From NCBI RefSeq assembly GCF_001194135.2, contig NC_068985.1:9629894-9687961 (forward strand): DNA of 58,068 nucleotides, written 5' to 3'. This stretch comes from Octopus bimaculoides (taxonomy: Eukaryota). The translations under genes were made by a program, and so were the position numbers. Shown in pieces: positions 26,429 to 40,725 of this stretch; positions within the stretch are counted from its first letter, which is position 1, and each line of letters begins with the position of its first letter. The notes beneath the pieces were generated by a model. That model saw only the letters and a program-made list of their open reading frames with translations, did no database searches and was not told the origin of the DNA.

Positions 26429-27544
26429 ACACTTCATCCATTGAGGTCCACTTTACTTTTCATCCCTCAGACTCGATAAAGTAAGTCCTGGTTGAGCACT
26501 CGAGTTGAGTGTATGCTTGTTATTGTACACTTAATTTTGTCACCAAGCAATGTAGAGCTAAATTCTTCTTCCAAGCCACAGAAAGAGAAAATGGTACCAC
26601 AATTAGTATGTTATTCATAGCATAATATCCAAAACACACCCAACAGTGTGTCTCAATGACTCAATCAGTCAGTTTTTCAAGAATATTAGGTTACTGACCT
26701 CCTTCTTGCTGGATGAAGATAAAAACACTAGTAAGTTGACAAAGTTACAACCAAACAAAACCATGAAAGCCAGGCAACAAACAGGGAAACTCTATGTGGT
26801 CAACTGACATGCTAGAAATGCCAGTCAAATCTTCTTCAAAGCACAGCAACCATCTTTTAAAAATGTAAACATACTGGTTAATGTAGACCTTGATACACAA
26901 TACCTGAAAACAATAATGGGATCGTTACAACTGGAATGCTTTTGATTACAGGTCTGTTCAAGCAAGGATGACCTGGGGCAAAATAACAACAAAACCTAAA
27001 AATTCCATGCTGTTTAAGTGCCATTTTATCATAGAAGTCATTAAAGAGTGAACATCTAATGACTTGCCATTTTAAATTAACCGTACATAAGAGACCAAAG
27101 CATCAATAACAAAAGAATAATGACATTTTCCTTATAAGCTACCATTGTTCTTCTGGAACTAAACTGAGTTCCAATTTCCCCAAAATAATGGTTTCAAGTT
27201 TTGACAAAAGGCCAGCATTTTCTTTCTTTTTTTTTTAAGGATTAGCTGATTACATCAACCTCAGTGTCAACTGGTGCTTATTTCACTGACCCCAAAAGGA
27301 TAGAAGGCACGATCAACCTCAACAGAATTTGAACTCAGTATTTCAAAGAGCACAATAAGGAGAGATTCTGTTTCACCGAAATGTTTTTGTTGTTTGTTTT
27401 TTCCTGATGAAACAGTCAGAGAGAGTGGACCTTTGTTTGCAGGCCATTCTAAACTGGTGTAAACAGATGCAGCTACTAACCAACCAGAACATCAGCAGAT
27501 CAAGGCCTTCATAGAAAACATGGCAAGGAATACCAAATGCTTAC

Positions 27545-27627
27545 AACAGAGTGAACCAAAGGCAACAAACTAAGATCTTGGTAGTGTTTTAAACCTGATG
27601 GAATGTTAAGTCGATCGCTATGGTAAC
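27545..27627 (-). CDS. Candidate coding exon (YHSDRLNIPSGLKHYQDLSLLPLVHSV)
   Basis: Donor GTT|GTAAGC; two in-frame acceptors (exon start 27627 or 27594); open frame in non-repeat sequence. Confidence 0.2.
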
Positions 27628-29131
27628 CTGTTTACCAACAGGTATTATATCAATAGGAAAAAACAACAAAAAGAAATTGTATTATTTATTGATGAAGACC
27701 ACAAAGGAAAAATCAAATTTTAGAAAATGAAGAGAGTCAACGATTATTGAAAAGGTTGCAAGACGCAATGAAAATTTTAGGAAAAATGAATGAATGGAAA
27801 CTTTACCGGTGTGTGTGTTAAATAATAAGGCACTAAAAGAGAATGAGTCTCCCAAGACACAACAGAATATGCTTCAACACATAAAGAATCTTGCAAACCA
27901 AATCCAAAAATGAAAGAAAATGGAGAGTTATACAATTTTGAAGAAGGTCATTAAAAATTTTGACTTAACAAGTAATTGGCAGTAGAATAACCATAACCTA
28001 CTGCTCATAAAAGGGGTACTTTAACCCTTTTATGACCATATTTCTTATGAAGTACACGAAGTTTGAATAAATTTTGAAAAACCAAGAATTTTAAGGGATT
28101 GAGAAACTTTTTTTTCATAATTGAAATGATATTTGGAATGTAACTAAAGAAATGGCTCTGGTTGTTGCTGCAAGTGTTGCTGGCCATTCTCAGCAGCAAT
28201 GTTTTGCAATTATGTCCACAAGGCACAGCTGAACACACCATTTGGTCTGGGGTGTACAACCCAGAACTCCCTCCGTGCCATCTTCTGCTGCTTAATTCAT
28301 CCCTTTTTGTTTTTCTGTTTCTTTGGTGAGGGAGTTATGGGGGGTTTTTTCTCAATAATTTGATAGTTTATACTTTTAATGTTGTCTTTCTTTCTTTTCT
28401 TCCTGCAAGAATATGTTGTTAATAAAAATGGGGTCTTTGACTCAAAGTCATGATGGAAAATTTTAATTAAAAAAATGGACATTTGAAAATACAAGGCTTG
28501 ACATCATAAAACCAGAACAATCTCCAGTCAAAGAATTAAGATCAACACTAAAGTTTGAGAACCAACAGATGCATTCTCCCTCCCTCTCAATACACACACA
28601 CATGAGAACACACCTGAATGGATGACAGAAACGGGGAAAAGAAGGGCATACATTAAACGGACAAAAAACAGAAGACAGAGAAATAGAGGTTGGTAAAGAG
28701 ATACCGTAATATACTGGTGTATAAAACGAATTTTTTCTTTCTTAAATGTAACAAAAAATTATTGTTCATCAAATGTGACGTATTATGGATGGAATACCAA
28801 GTGCATGGGGGTATGGTGGAACATATTAAACTTGTTTTTTACCACAAAAAATAGGATTTGCCTTAAGCATGAATGTGTCTTATATACTTGCACATACAGA
28901 AGACACACAGCACCAATTTAGAGGAGTGACAAAAACAAATGTTTATCTCAATTTCTTAAATAATTTAACTATTAGTGACAGAAGCAGCTTTTGTAACAAA
29001 TATTAATTAGCACATCCAACCTAACTTGGTGTTGTAAACAACTTAAAGACATTATGAACAACATCCAAGTGTGGTTGGATGTTCCAGTTAATATTCTTAG
29101 ATAGTGAGACATCAGTCAAAGGAATCAAAAT

Positions 29132-29362
29132 TTAACCCTTTAGCATTCCGCTTATTCTGTGAAATGTATTGCCTATTTATTCACATTATTTCGCATTAAT
29201 TATATATTATCTTGTTGCTTTGAGATTGTGACAATGCAACTGTTTATTTTTAGAATGATATTGTCGGGTAAATATAAGCGGTTAGACCTGGCCAATTTTA
29301 ACACAGAACAGGTGGAATATAATGGGATGGATATAGTATGTGTTCAAATGCTAAACAGTTAA
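29132..29362 (+). mobile_element. Complete TTAA (piggyBac-type) MITE
   Basis: ttaaccctttagcatt...aatgctaaacagttaa: imperfect TIRs with TTAA at both ends. Confidence 0.85.
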
Positions 29363-29789
29363 GAAACAGAATAACCAAATTAAGAAAAAACTATTATATA
29401 TTATAAATGGTAGGTATAGCTATACATGAAAATTCATGATTTTTCTTGGGAAAGAAAGAGCAGTGGTCTCATGTTGCCTTTTATGGGTTTATTTAATTTA
29501 CTCTGCATAATTACACTTTGTAAAAAAAATATGAAGAAGTGGACAAGTTGAAGTTGCTACAGGTAAGACAAACATAGATTCTTTTCTAATCTAGACACAA
29601 GGCCTGAAATTTTGGGGGAGAAGGCCAGTTGATTAGATCAACCCAAGTACGCAACTGGTACTTAATTCAAGGATGAAAAGCAAAGTTGACCCCAGTGGCA
29701 TTTGAACTCAGAACGTGAAAACATACGAAAAACTGCTAAGCATTTCACCTGGTGTGCTAACGATTCTGCCAACTCACTTTCTTAAGACA

Positions 29790-30240
29790 AACATATATTA
29801 TTAAACAAATGACTATATCAAGAATGGTGCAGAAAAAAGTCCTAGGGACATACATAGACTTATCTTTACATGTAGTTGGGCAACCTAGAATATCAACAAT
29901 CAATGCTGCAGAGATGTGGGTCCTTAAATGAATGCTTTCTGATATTGGTAGAATGACAGGCATTGAAATGCTTAGATTGGCAGAAACGAGGAAGATTCTT
30001 GACAGCATAAGGAGACAATAAGCGAAGGTCATTGGACGCTATATAAGAAAGGTCTTTGAACAATTGGTGATAACAGGTAAAATGAAAAGGAAGAAGAAAC
30101 CAGGGAAGACAGCATTATCAGTCGGCTACAGAAGGACAGGCGCAAGAAGATTACGTGGAGGATGGGAGAGGGTGGCCATACAGGATGACCAACACCTTTA
30201 GGCATTTAGAAGAACAAGCATATAACTGTGCTCGTGACAG
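29790..30240 (+). pseudogene. RTE-clade LINE 3' remnant
   Basis: Translation INAAEMWVLK*...EMLRLAETRKILDSIRRQ...FEQLVITGKMK matches the RTE C-terminal region; contains stops. Confidence 0.8.
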
Positions 30241-30843
30241 AGATTTGTCTGAGAAACAAATCAATGAAAACAGCCTTCAGCATTCACTGAGTTTTGTTAT
30301 ACTTGGTGATATCTTTTACCGGTTTCAGTCATTGGACTGCGGCCATGCTGGGGCACAACCTTGAAGGGTTTAGTTGAACAAATCAATCCAAGTATCTTTT
30401 TTTTTTAAATTTTTTTTTTTAACGTCTGGTACTTATTTAATCAATCTTTTTTGCCACTGAACTGCTAAGCTATGAGAGCATAAACAAACCAACACCAGTT
30501 ATCAAGCGGTGGAAGAGGACAAAAACACACACACACACAAACAGGCTTCTTTCAGTTTCCACATACCAAATCCATTTACAAGGCTTTCTTTTTGGCCCAG
30601 GGCTGAACCCAGAACCAAGTCATTGTTGTTGTTGTTGATGCCAGTGCCACCTGGCTGGCCCTCATGCCAGTGGCACATAAAAAGCACACACTACACTCTC
30701 GGAGTGGTTGGCATTAGGAAGGGCATCCAGCTGTAGAAACATTGCCAGATCAGATTGGAGCCTGGTGCAGCCACCTGGTTCACCAGTCCTCAGTCAAACT
30801 GTCCAACCCATGCCAGCATGGAAAACAGACGCTAAACGACGAC

Positions 30844-30896
<53 letters not shown>

Positions 30897-31723
30897 CAGG
30901 GTCTGGAACAGTAGGAACATTAAAATCAACCATTATTTAAGATTATGGTTACTATTGCAACAGCAAATCTGACACAAAATGATGGAATATATAATAACAG
31001 ACTAACAGACAGACAGATGGAAATTCAGAGACAGGCAAGCTGAGAGTAACTAAAGACAAAAATAAACAGAAGCAGTTACCGAGAGAAATATATAAAGGAT
31101 TAGAAAAGAGAGTATGTCATGATAATAAATACATGAATATATAAGAAGAAAATGGCAAAGATAAGCAGCAAAAACCATGATAGGAAGACACAGTTTAGAG
31201 CAGGAAATGTACAAAGATTGAGACAATGTCTTCCAGATCACAAAAAGAGAGAATTTGAAACTAATTTGAGTTAATATACCACAAGAGGAAAGAGAAAGAG
31301 AGAAGAAAGGAAAAGATAAAGTAAACAAGATATTCATATAACCTGTATCACATGACCTGCATGAAAATATCTGAGGAAAAGCAAAAAGAAAAAAAAACAC
31401 AACAAAGAAGACAGCGAAAGGAAATGTCATAGTGTAAAAGTGAAACTAGAGTTGTGCGACAAAATGGACAAAGAATGAAATACGCAGCAACAAAGAGATG
31501 ACTGATTGAATGAATACGACTATATTATTGTATTGTTTTCATATCTGTTTGGTAGGTGTGGCTGTGAGATAAGAAGTCTGCATCTCAACCATGTGGTTCC
31601 AGGTTCAGTTCCACTGAGTGGTACCTTGGGCAAGTATTTTCTATTATAGCTTCGGGCCAGCTGACACCTTGTGAATGGCTTTAATAGACAGAAACTACAA
31701 GAAGCCTGTCATACACATGCACA

Positions 31724-31760
<37 letters not shown>

Positions 31761-31764
31761 TATT

Positions 31765-32047
31765 TTTTTTTTACTTGTTTCAGTCGTGTGACTGTGGCCA
31801 TGTTGGAGCACCGCCTTTAGTCGAGCAAATCGACCCCAGGACTTATTCTTTGTAAGCCTAGTACTTATTCTAACGGTCTCTTTTGGCCGAACCGCTAAGT
31901 TACGGGGACATAAACACACCAGCATCAGTTGTCAAGCGACGTGGNNNNNNNNNNNNNNNNNNNNNNNNNNNNNNNNNNNNNNNNNNNNNNNNNNNNNNNN
32001 NNNNNNNNNNNNNNNNNNNNNNNNNNNNNNNNNNCACAGACACACAA

Positions 32048-32078
<31 letters not shown>

Positions 32079-32238
32079 CATATATACGACGAGCTTCTTT
32101 CAGTTTCCGTCTACCAAATCCACTCACAAGGCTTTGGTTGGGTAGAGGCTATAGTAGAAGACACTTGCCCAAGGTGCCACTCAGTGGGACTGAAACCAGA
32201 ACCATGTGGTTGGTAAGCAAGTTACTTACCACATAGCC
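31765..32238 (-). mobile_element. SINE family A (spans an N gap)
   Basis: Tail 31765-31945 and head 32035-32238 on the minus strand. Confidence 0.85.
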
Positions 32239-34603
32239 ACTCTCAAGGTGGTGCCCCAGCATGGCCACAGCTTAATGGCTGAAACATGCAAAAGACAAAA
32301 GATAAATGACCTGATCTCAGATTGTGTTGTAACTGAAACCATTATAGATTGGAAGTGCTATATAAATGCTTTTACACACACGCACACACACACACACACA
32401 CACACTGTCACAGGCTTTTATATTTTGTTTTTTAATAGCATTCCAACATAAATACAATAATAGTATGTGTGTGTGTGTGTATCTGTATCTGTGTGTGCGT
32501 TTGCGTGTGAATGGCTGTCATGATTCAAACACTAATTGTTATTAGATTTTGACATGTTGCTTACTGGTTTTAAATTTTGCTCTTCCAGTCATCAAACAGA
32601 AAGACTGCATTGTAGACTTAGTATGGAGTGGTAGCACTAAGCAGTGACTTCTATAAATACAAACCAGCTTGCCAATACGGGTTCAAATATGCCTCAAGCA
32701 CATTTGAACTGATAACACGTTTGTAGACTCAAATAGAAAGGTAATAATCTATCGTCCGAGAAAAATTAATTCTATAGAATTCTGTTGTGTCTGGGGAGGG
32801 TCATTTTCTGTTTGTGCCTTATGATTTAACACACACACCGGTAAAATTTCCACTTAGTCCTTATTTCTTAAAATGTTTGATGCGTCTTGCAACCTTTTCA
32901 AAACACACAAACTCACATAAAGAATCTTGCAAACCAAATCCAAAAACGAAATATAATTCTATAGAATATTTAGGCTAAAAAAGAAATTGAGAATAAGAAC
33001 TATAAATAACATCAATATCATTATAACATGTGCAAGACATTTTTTAAGAGGATACAGACATATGAGCAGTAACAAACTTTTTTGCTTCCATTACTCAGGC
33101 AGCTACCATACCAAATAGTGGGCAGCTGTAATCGTTTCATCCATGGAAGAACTATTTTCTTTCAGGTTGGAAGTTTATATTCTGCCGTCAGTAAAAGAGG
33201 TTCATGGCAAAGACTTTTGCCTCACAAACAGCCCAACTGAAAATTGGTGCCACATGGTAAGATGAACAATTTGTTCCAAGCAGCTGCAAGAGATCGTAGT
33301 GTTGAGCTTAAACCTTCATGTGAGTGAAACTTAAGAGGAAGATGCATTCTATGGGGCTGACCTTGTCCACCATGATATACACCACATCATCACCTGGCAC
33401 AAAACCACTCTTTTCAATACTACTTCCTGCCCTTCAATTGAGGGGCCTTTGTCTTGCAGGTTACTTGGAGACCTCACTGGTGCTGGTGCCACATAAACAG
33501 CACCCAGTGCACAATGTAAAGTGGTTGGCATTAGGAAGAGCATAGAAACCAGCCATAGAAACCGTACCAAAATGGATAGCAGGGCTTGGTGCAATCCTCT
33601 GACTCACCATCTCCTGTCAAACCATCAAACCCATGCCAGCATGGTAAACAGGCATTTAATGATGACGAAGACAGAATCTTCAGTCCTTATGACACAACGG
33701 ATCAAATAACTTTCCCCAAGCCACACATTTGCCAGTAACCATAGAAAGAATTTGCTACCAAAACGTTTTCATAATTACTTAAAACAGGATTAGTTAAAAG
33801 AAAAAATAATAAAACTAGCCCAGTGATCCTTTCAATGATGTTACCATTAGAATTTGCTTTGTATAATAGAATATTGAATATATAGCATTAAATTTCTCAT
33901 AATTCTGTTATAACATCATTCTGAAATAAACTTGATTGAATTTATCCAAAGAGAGCAACATTAGTTTGTAATTAACAATCTTTTCATTCCATAAGTAATG
34001 AAGTTGTTGTTGTTGTTGTCGTTTAGCCCCAGGTCAACTTAATCAAGCAAACCGATGATCAAAGACATTCCAGTTTGCCCCTCCATTCAAACATTTTAAG
34101 GATATCCTGAATGACATTAACAAATGTGTTCCTTCATTGGCTGTAATATGATGTGATGGATATTCGGCTGCTATTCCTAGCATGTCAAGGGGACCTAGGT
34201 ACAGGGTCACAAACTTTGAATAATGGTAGGGGTAACAGACAAACTGATACCATTGCTTGTTCCATGATTATTTTATTGATCTCATATCAATGAAAGATAA
34301 AGTTGACCCTGTAATGGTAATTGGAATCAGAACATAAACACTCTAAGGCATTTTGTCTGGCTGGCGCTCAACCAATTCTGCTAATCTACTGACCATCATT
34401 CCTTAAATATTAATGTTAAACAATGCAAATAAGGAAGCACATATGTAGTCTCTTGACCCACTAAATATAACAGCCAAATCACTTTCCAATCACACAATTA
34501 CTGTCTTAAAAGGGAGAAGGACACATCAAATAAGATCATTCTAGATAAACACTAAAAGACAGGAGACCCATATGTGGAATGCTGCATTTGATCATCGATT
34601 TAC

Positions 34604-34627
34604 CTGACAAAGGTGATGTAGGGTCAG
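34604..34627 (-). CDS. Candidate 24-nt microexon (xDPTSPLS)
   Basis: Acceptor ttgttgttgtcatttag, donor CAG|GTAAAT, length a multiple of 3. Confidence 0.15.
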
Positions 34628-34976
34628 CTAAATGACAACAACAACAACAAATAACACAAAAGCCAATCAATTTAGTAACGTTACATAAGGAATTAATGAT
34701 TGTGTAGAAACAGGCATTGCATATGTGGATGCGTGCATGTAGGTATGTGTTTATGTATATTATGTGTATGTATGTGTGGGCAACTATGTATCTGTTTGTA
34801 CAGCAGTGTTCATCTCTGGTTTGTGCTACATCCTTAGGCAGTTCTTTCCATTCAATCTGCAGCTGCTTTGAATCACTACCTTCATTTCTTGTAATTAAAA
34901 ACTGTGTGAATGTGTTGCATGCGTAATGCATAGGCATCTAGGCACACACACACACACACACACATTATATATATAA

Positions 34977-35027
<51 letters not shown>

Positions 35028-35327
35028 AACAGACAGACAAACAGATAGATAGATAGATAGATAGATGTTTCTTTATTGGCCACACAGGGCTGAACACAGA
35101 GGGGACAAGTTACAAAGTAGAGCTTTTCTTTTGGGGAGGAGATGGAAGGAAAAAACAGGAGGGTAGATTTTCAATCAAAAGGGATCGTAAAAAAAAAAAG
35201 AAGAAAAAAGATCAATAGGGATCGTGCATCACAGATAGACAGACAGATACATAGATAGACAGAGAGATACATAGATAGACAGACAGACAGGCATATAGAT
35301 GGATGGACAGACAGACAGGCAGACAGA

Positions 35328-35359
<32 letters not shown>

Positions 35360-35984
35360 TAGATAGAGAGATAGATAGGTAGATATATATATTTGCTTGT
35401 TTCAGTCATTAGAGTGCAGCCATGCTGGAGCACTGCCTTCAAAAATTCTTAGTCAAATCAATCAACCCCAGCTGTTCTTTTTAAAAGGCTGGTATTTATT
35501 CCATCAGTCTCTTTTGCTCAACTACTAAGTTAAGGGGACACAAACACATCAACACCACTGGTCAAGCAGTGCCGTTCAGAACACAGAAACACTCACACAA
35601 AAATATATATGCATACATGACAGGCTTCTTCCAGTTTCCATAAACCAAGACGCTCACAAGGTTTTGGTCAACCCAAGGCCAGAGTAGAAGACATTTTCCC
35701 AAGGTGCCATGCAGTGGGACTGAACTCAAAACCCTGTGGTTGGGAAGCAAACTTCTTACCACCACCCTCCCACACAAACACACACACATACATACCTTAG
35801 TCTCTCAGACCCACCAAACCCTTGCTCTCTCTCTCTCCTTCTCCTGCTAGTTGGGTCCCTAACCAACTATTTAATCAGATGCTGTTCTCCCCCCACCCAC
35901 CCTTCCAAGCAGTATACATGGGTTTGATAGCCCTCACCTCTTTTATGGTCCACCATGAAGTGTGGAATTCAGAAAGTCTTGATG

Positions 35985-36140
35985 GAATGCCAGTGTTAAT
36001 ACTGGATGGCTTTCTTATGATCTGACCAAACCATTTCACTCTCTCTCTACTTATTACCTCAGTAATGTTGCATGCCATACAAAGAACTTTTCCTGTGGAA
36101 ATATTTCTACACTTTAAGTATCTCATGGCTGTATTCACAA
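35985..36140 (-). pseudogene. RTE LINE fragment
   Basis: CNITEVISRERVKWFGQIIRK resembles the RTE motif RRLRWFGHV.R. Confidence 0.6.
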
Positions 36141-36184
36141 ATAGTGGAAAGTAGGAGACTGAATTAGATGCTAGAATTGCAGTT

Positions 36185-36420
36185 CCAGCCTGTCGTCTTC
36201 AGAAGAGGAGACATTGGTGAAAAAGCCAAACTTGCTATCTTTAATTCGGTTTTGTGCCTATCCTCATCTATCGTCTTGAGTGTTGGATAATGATTGTAAA
36301 GGGTACAATTGTGAATACAAGCAGCTGAAATGGGATTCCTCTGAAGAGTCTCTGGAATAATGTTATTTGACAGGGTGCAGAGTTTGGAGATCAAAATGCC
36401 TCTAATGAAGTGCATGGCAC
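36185..36420 (+). pseudogene. RTE (Expander/Rex3-like) LINE fragment
   Basis: Frameshifted translation KAKLAIFNS..VPILIY.LECWIM...QAAEMGFL.RVSGIMLFDRVQSLEI matches the RTE post-RT region. Confidence 0.8.
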
Positions 36421-36789
36421 AATTATTTATTCCTTGGTCGTTTGAATTTTTTATTGGCCTTATTTCTGCCACATGTGCACACACACACACACACACACAC
36501 ACTATTGGCAGTTTAGTAGTGTATGTTGCCACATGCATTGGTTTGCTACAAAGGCTATCTTGGTACAACATGGAATTTTTAAAATATAATTTAAACCTAA
36601 TTCAGTCTCCTACTGCTGAACAGTCAAACCATTTCTTTTAGATTAAACCCTGTACGACTCAGAAACCTCTTCACTTCCCATAATTCTTTGGTCTCAAAGG
36701 ATACTTCAACTTTATTTAATGCTTTGTTTGGTTTTTTTCTTTCATGTTAGTCCAGCAGAGCAACAAGGAGCATCTTGTCATCATTAGGG

Positions 36790-37150
36790 ATGACTGATAA
36801 CTTGTGCAGTGACTTAGTTTAAAGTAAAGAAGAGTTGACCACCGTCAACCTCACTTGCTCATCCATAGTGACAAGACCAGGTCAAGATGACAAGGGATGG
36901 AAACAGATACATCCTCTCTCTTGTCCCCCTTCCCCTCTGCCTGTTGCTCACATGTGACTACAGGCCATTTTCCTTGTCTCTGTCTTTTCTGCATTGAACG
37001 GCCACCCAGCAGGACATCATTTCTTTCACCTCTCCATATATGTTTTCTCCCTTCTACCATTTATTCCATATCCTTTCAAAATTTCTCCCAGGCATTACCC
37101 ATTACAATATGTCTTCGCCTAACGGCCCTTTATGTCCATCATCATTGATT
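36790..37150 (-). mobile_element. RTE-like 3' end/UTR
   Basis: Homologous to 45200-45480 (gaagaagagttg...ctcatccat...caagaccaggtcaag); decayed RTE-like codons at the 5' side. Confidence 0.55.
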
Positions 37151-38229
37151 GCTTATTCTATACGTCCAACCTCTGGTGTTGTTTGTTCCTTTCAAAGCCT
37201 TTACTCTCCACAAATTTTATATTTTAAAAATTTCTGGATGCTGCTGTCTTATGAAGTTTTCCTGTCTTGTCATTAAAAGCACGAAACAGGGAATAATATC
37301 ACAGTCAACAACTGAGGAGGGGTTAAACTTCTTTTCGCATTTTGTCCCATACTTATCTCTCGTTGTGTGTTTACGTATTTTTCGCTCGTTGGTGTGTATT
37401 TTTTTTCATTTGTATGTCGGTCTGTGCATGTGTATAATAAAATGGAGAGAAAGTAAGAGAGTAAAGCACGAATTTTGGCCACCATTCAAATCTAATGATC
37501 TGCAGTGCTTCAAGTGAGTCACCTGAATAGTTGCAAAACATGAAACACAAGTAGTGACCTGAAGGAACCATCAAGGTTTGTTTGTTCCCCACCTCCTCCT
37601 GACAATCAGTGTTGGTTCGTTTACGTCCCCATAACTTAGCAGTTCGGTATAAGTGATCAAAAGATTAAGTACCAGACTTAAAGAATAAGTACTGGACTCA
37701 ATTCCTTCAACCAAAACCCTTCAAATCAGTACCCCAGTATGGCCACAGTCCTTTGACTGAAACAAGTACTGTGTATTATCTTTCGAAATGGTAGCATACA
37801 CTAATGTGTGTGTGTGTGATATATGTACATGTGTATAAAGCTGCCACCATGCCAACAATTACGTTATCCAATGTGACATTCCATTTGTTATGTTAAGGTA
37901 TGATTTGAGGGAGATTTAACTGCTATTTCTAACATGCTGAGCAACAGTGTAGAGGGCATTTTAGTTGGATTGGTGAGGGGGTTAAACAGGAGTGGAGGAA
38001 AAGAGAGAGGTGAGCGGCAAAGGGAGTGGTGGGAGGAATGGCGAAGAGAAAGAATAATGGGGAGACTGGGAGAAAAATAGCGAGAGAGTAGAAAAGGAGG
38101 GAGAAGAGTCATAAGGGAATAAAAAAAAGAATGAAAAAATAGAGGGAGAAAGGGAGAGAGAGAGATAAAGAAGGCAAAAAGAAAACGAGGGAGAAGACAA
38201 ACACATGACCAGAATTGATGCATGACAGT

Positions 38230-39110
38230 TAGGATGATGATGATGATGATGATGACAATAGCTATTTATCATCATAATTATTATTATAGGGTAACACTTT
38301 GAGATATTGTGACGTTGTGACATTCATGATGTCTCCAAAATTATTGAGATACAGCGCAGTAAATTCATTCTGAATGAAGGAGAATCAAAATAGGTTGTGA
38401 CGTTCCGATGATGATGGCGGCGGAGAAAGCGATAGTGGCTGCAATAATGGTGGTGATGATGGTGGTGAGGGATGAAGAAGACGGATGATTATAGCAATGC
38501 TGTCGATAACGATAGAAGTGATGACGATAGTGATGATGATGATGACAACGACGACGGGAAACAGAAACGAACCCAAACGACGAAACACTTGTTAAAATAT
38601 CAGTGAAGAAATTAGAAAAATTGGAGGAGAAATAGTTAAGAAAGAAAGAAAAGACAAATAATTGAATGAAAGTGGCAAATAAAAGAGGATGAGTCAGATA
38701 AGTTGATAACAGCAATGATGATGATGACGACGATGTTTATAATGCTGACAAGTGGTAGCAGCGGTAATAGAGATAGATGAGTGATGGTGGTGGTGGTGGT
38801 AATAAAGTTAATGAGTGATGGGATGGCGGGAAGGAGGAGTATGACACTTGATGGTGGTGGTGGTGGTGATGATACGGGAGTGATGGTGGGAGGTGGGGAG
38901 AGGGGGATGGGCATAATGATAATGATAATGAAGAACGATAATGATGATGATGTATGTCGTTGAATAATGGTGGTGGCGGCGGTGGCGGTAATGATGCTGA
39001 CGACGACGAAGGTGAACGTCGCTGAGCAATGATGGTGACTGCGATGATCATAGATATTTGACCACGAATGACGATTAAGTCGAATATAAAAACGATAGTG
39101 GAACTTCAAC
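38230..39110. repeat. Cryptic triplet-repeat (GAT/GAC/GGT/GGC) region
   Basis: Shuffled triplet runs; source of the poly-H/P/S/I ORFs. Confidence 0.8.
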
Positions 39111-39143
39111 AACAAAAACAATACAGATGCCTCTACATCGTTC

Positions 39144-39191
<48 letters not shown>

Positions 39192-40680
39192 ATAACGAGA
39201 TGAAGTGAAATAACAAAGAAATGAAATGAGATGAGAGCGAGTTGAAACGAGAGTTGTTGCTGTTTAACCCTAGGCTAGCCATGATTGTGCCAGCCTATGA
39301 TCAAAGGTATTGCAGCGGCGACTATAAAGTTATTTATTCTGCGATACTGCATCTAGGACCACTTTATTCAATGAGCCATTATTTTTAAGACAGTAGGGTG
39401 TCGTTTGATGGAGATGTGGCTGCTATTTCTAGCACGTTCAGCGACTGCGAAGTGGCTACCTCGATGGCTTGTATGAGTGAAGGTTAGAAAGATCACTTGC
39501 TAGCGTGATCAATATGGGAAGTGGATTATTGCACTGTTTTCGTTTATTCATTTAATGTCGTGTGAACACAATGACGTATTGATGATAATATAGTAAAACA
39601 GACAACACTGACAATGTATAAGGGAGAGAGAGAGAAAGGCATATATATAGACACATACACATACATACATGCATATATACAGACAGAGAATGGGATAGAA
39701 AGACAGAGAGAGCGGGAGGAGACAGATTGAAAGACGGAGGAAGAGAGAGATGGAGGGAGAAAAGCAGATGATTTAACGAGGAGGAGGAGGAGGTTGAGAT
39801 GATAGGAATGATTGAATGGAGAAAGTAGAAAAAAGATGTTGAGTGTGAGTGGGAAAACATGAAAAACTGGAGTAGAAGGAGAGGGGTAGAGAGAGGGACA
39901 GCTAGACAGTAAGACAGAGGGGGAGTCGGAAGAAAGAAGAGAGTAACAACACTAAGAGGAAGCTATAGAAAGGAGTGTAAGGAGGGGGAGAGAAAGATGG
40001 CATGTATTGAAGAGAGCGTGCTTTTAGAAATTAATGGGAGGTGGAGAAAAGTACATAAACGAGCGAGAGAGGGAGTGAATTAGTAGAATCAACAGACTTG
40101 AAGGAAGACGACGGCAGATAATATATACATAGGATGTGTGTGTAGAAGAGGGCCGTGGAAGGAACAAGATGAGAAGCAGATGAAAAGAAAAGGAAAAAGA
40201 TGAATGAGTGAAAGAGAGAGTAAAAGAGAATGAGTCTTTGAATTCGTGAGTGACAGGTGAAGGGATGGGGTTAAATGGAGTCAGAAAACAGCAAATGGGT
40301 ACAAAGTGTTTATATGAAATAAAGATTAAAAAAAACAACGATGTAACACGGGAAAATATACAATTATATATACACATATATACACCCAGTTCAGTGGAAA
40401 AGACCTCCACAGTGTAAATAGGTGTAACGACAGAGATTCTGTAAAGTACAGAGAGATAAATCAATAGAACATGGAAATTATACAGAAAAAAGGAATTATA
40501 TATATGTATATTGCGGGTGTATATGTATACATGAGTGTGAAAACATGTACATTTACTTACATATACGCACATACACGTGTTTTTATGTTCATTTATGATA
40601 AAAATAATTCTACATTAATCTGATGAGTTACTCTACACTCTTGTGGGATACAAATTCATTCTTAAACAAGAATATTACTG

Positions 40681-40725
40681 ACAGTGACTTCGAAGTTTCG
40701 GCCAGTTAACCCATCGTCGGACTGC
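40681..40725 (-). ncRNA. Type I hammerhead-like motif, U4>C core
   Basis: GCAGU CCGACGA U GGGUUAACUGGCC GAAA C UUCGAA GUC ACUGU: 5-bp stem I, 10-nt palindrome ACUUCGAAGU, GUC triplet; stem II is weak. Confidence 0.55.

Noticed and set aside
28005-28259. piggyBac cysteine-rich domain
   Set aside because: Cys spacing does not fit; the segment ends in a TTAA MITE terminus and is treated as non-coding.
33166-33256. Plus-strand 91-nt exon (LEVYILPSVKEVHGKDFCLTNSPTENWCHM)
   Set aside because: Good splice signals, but no partner exons or homology; within chance expectation.
38365-39121. His/Pro/Ser-rich ORFs
   Set aside because: Products of cryptic triplet repeats open in several frames, with no splice or codon evidence.
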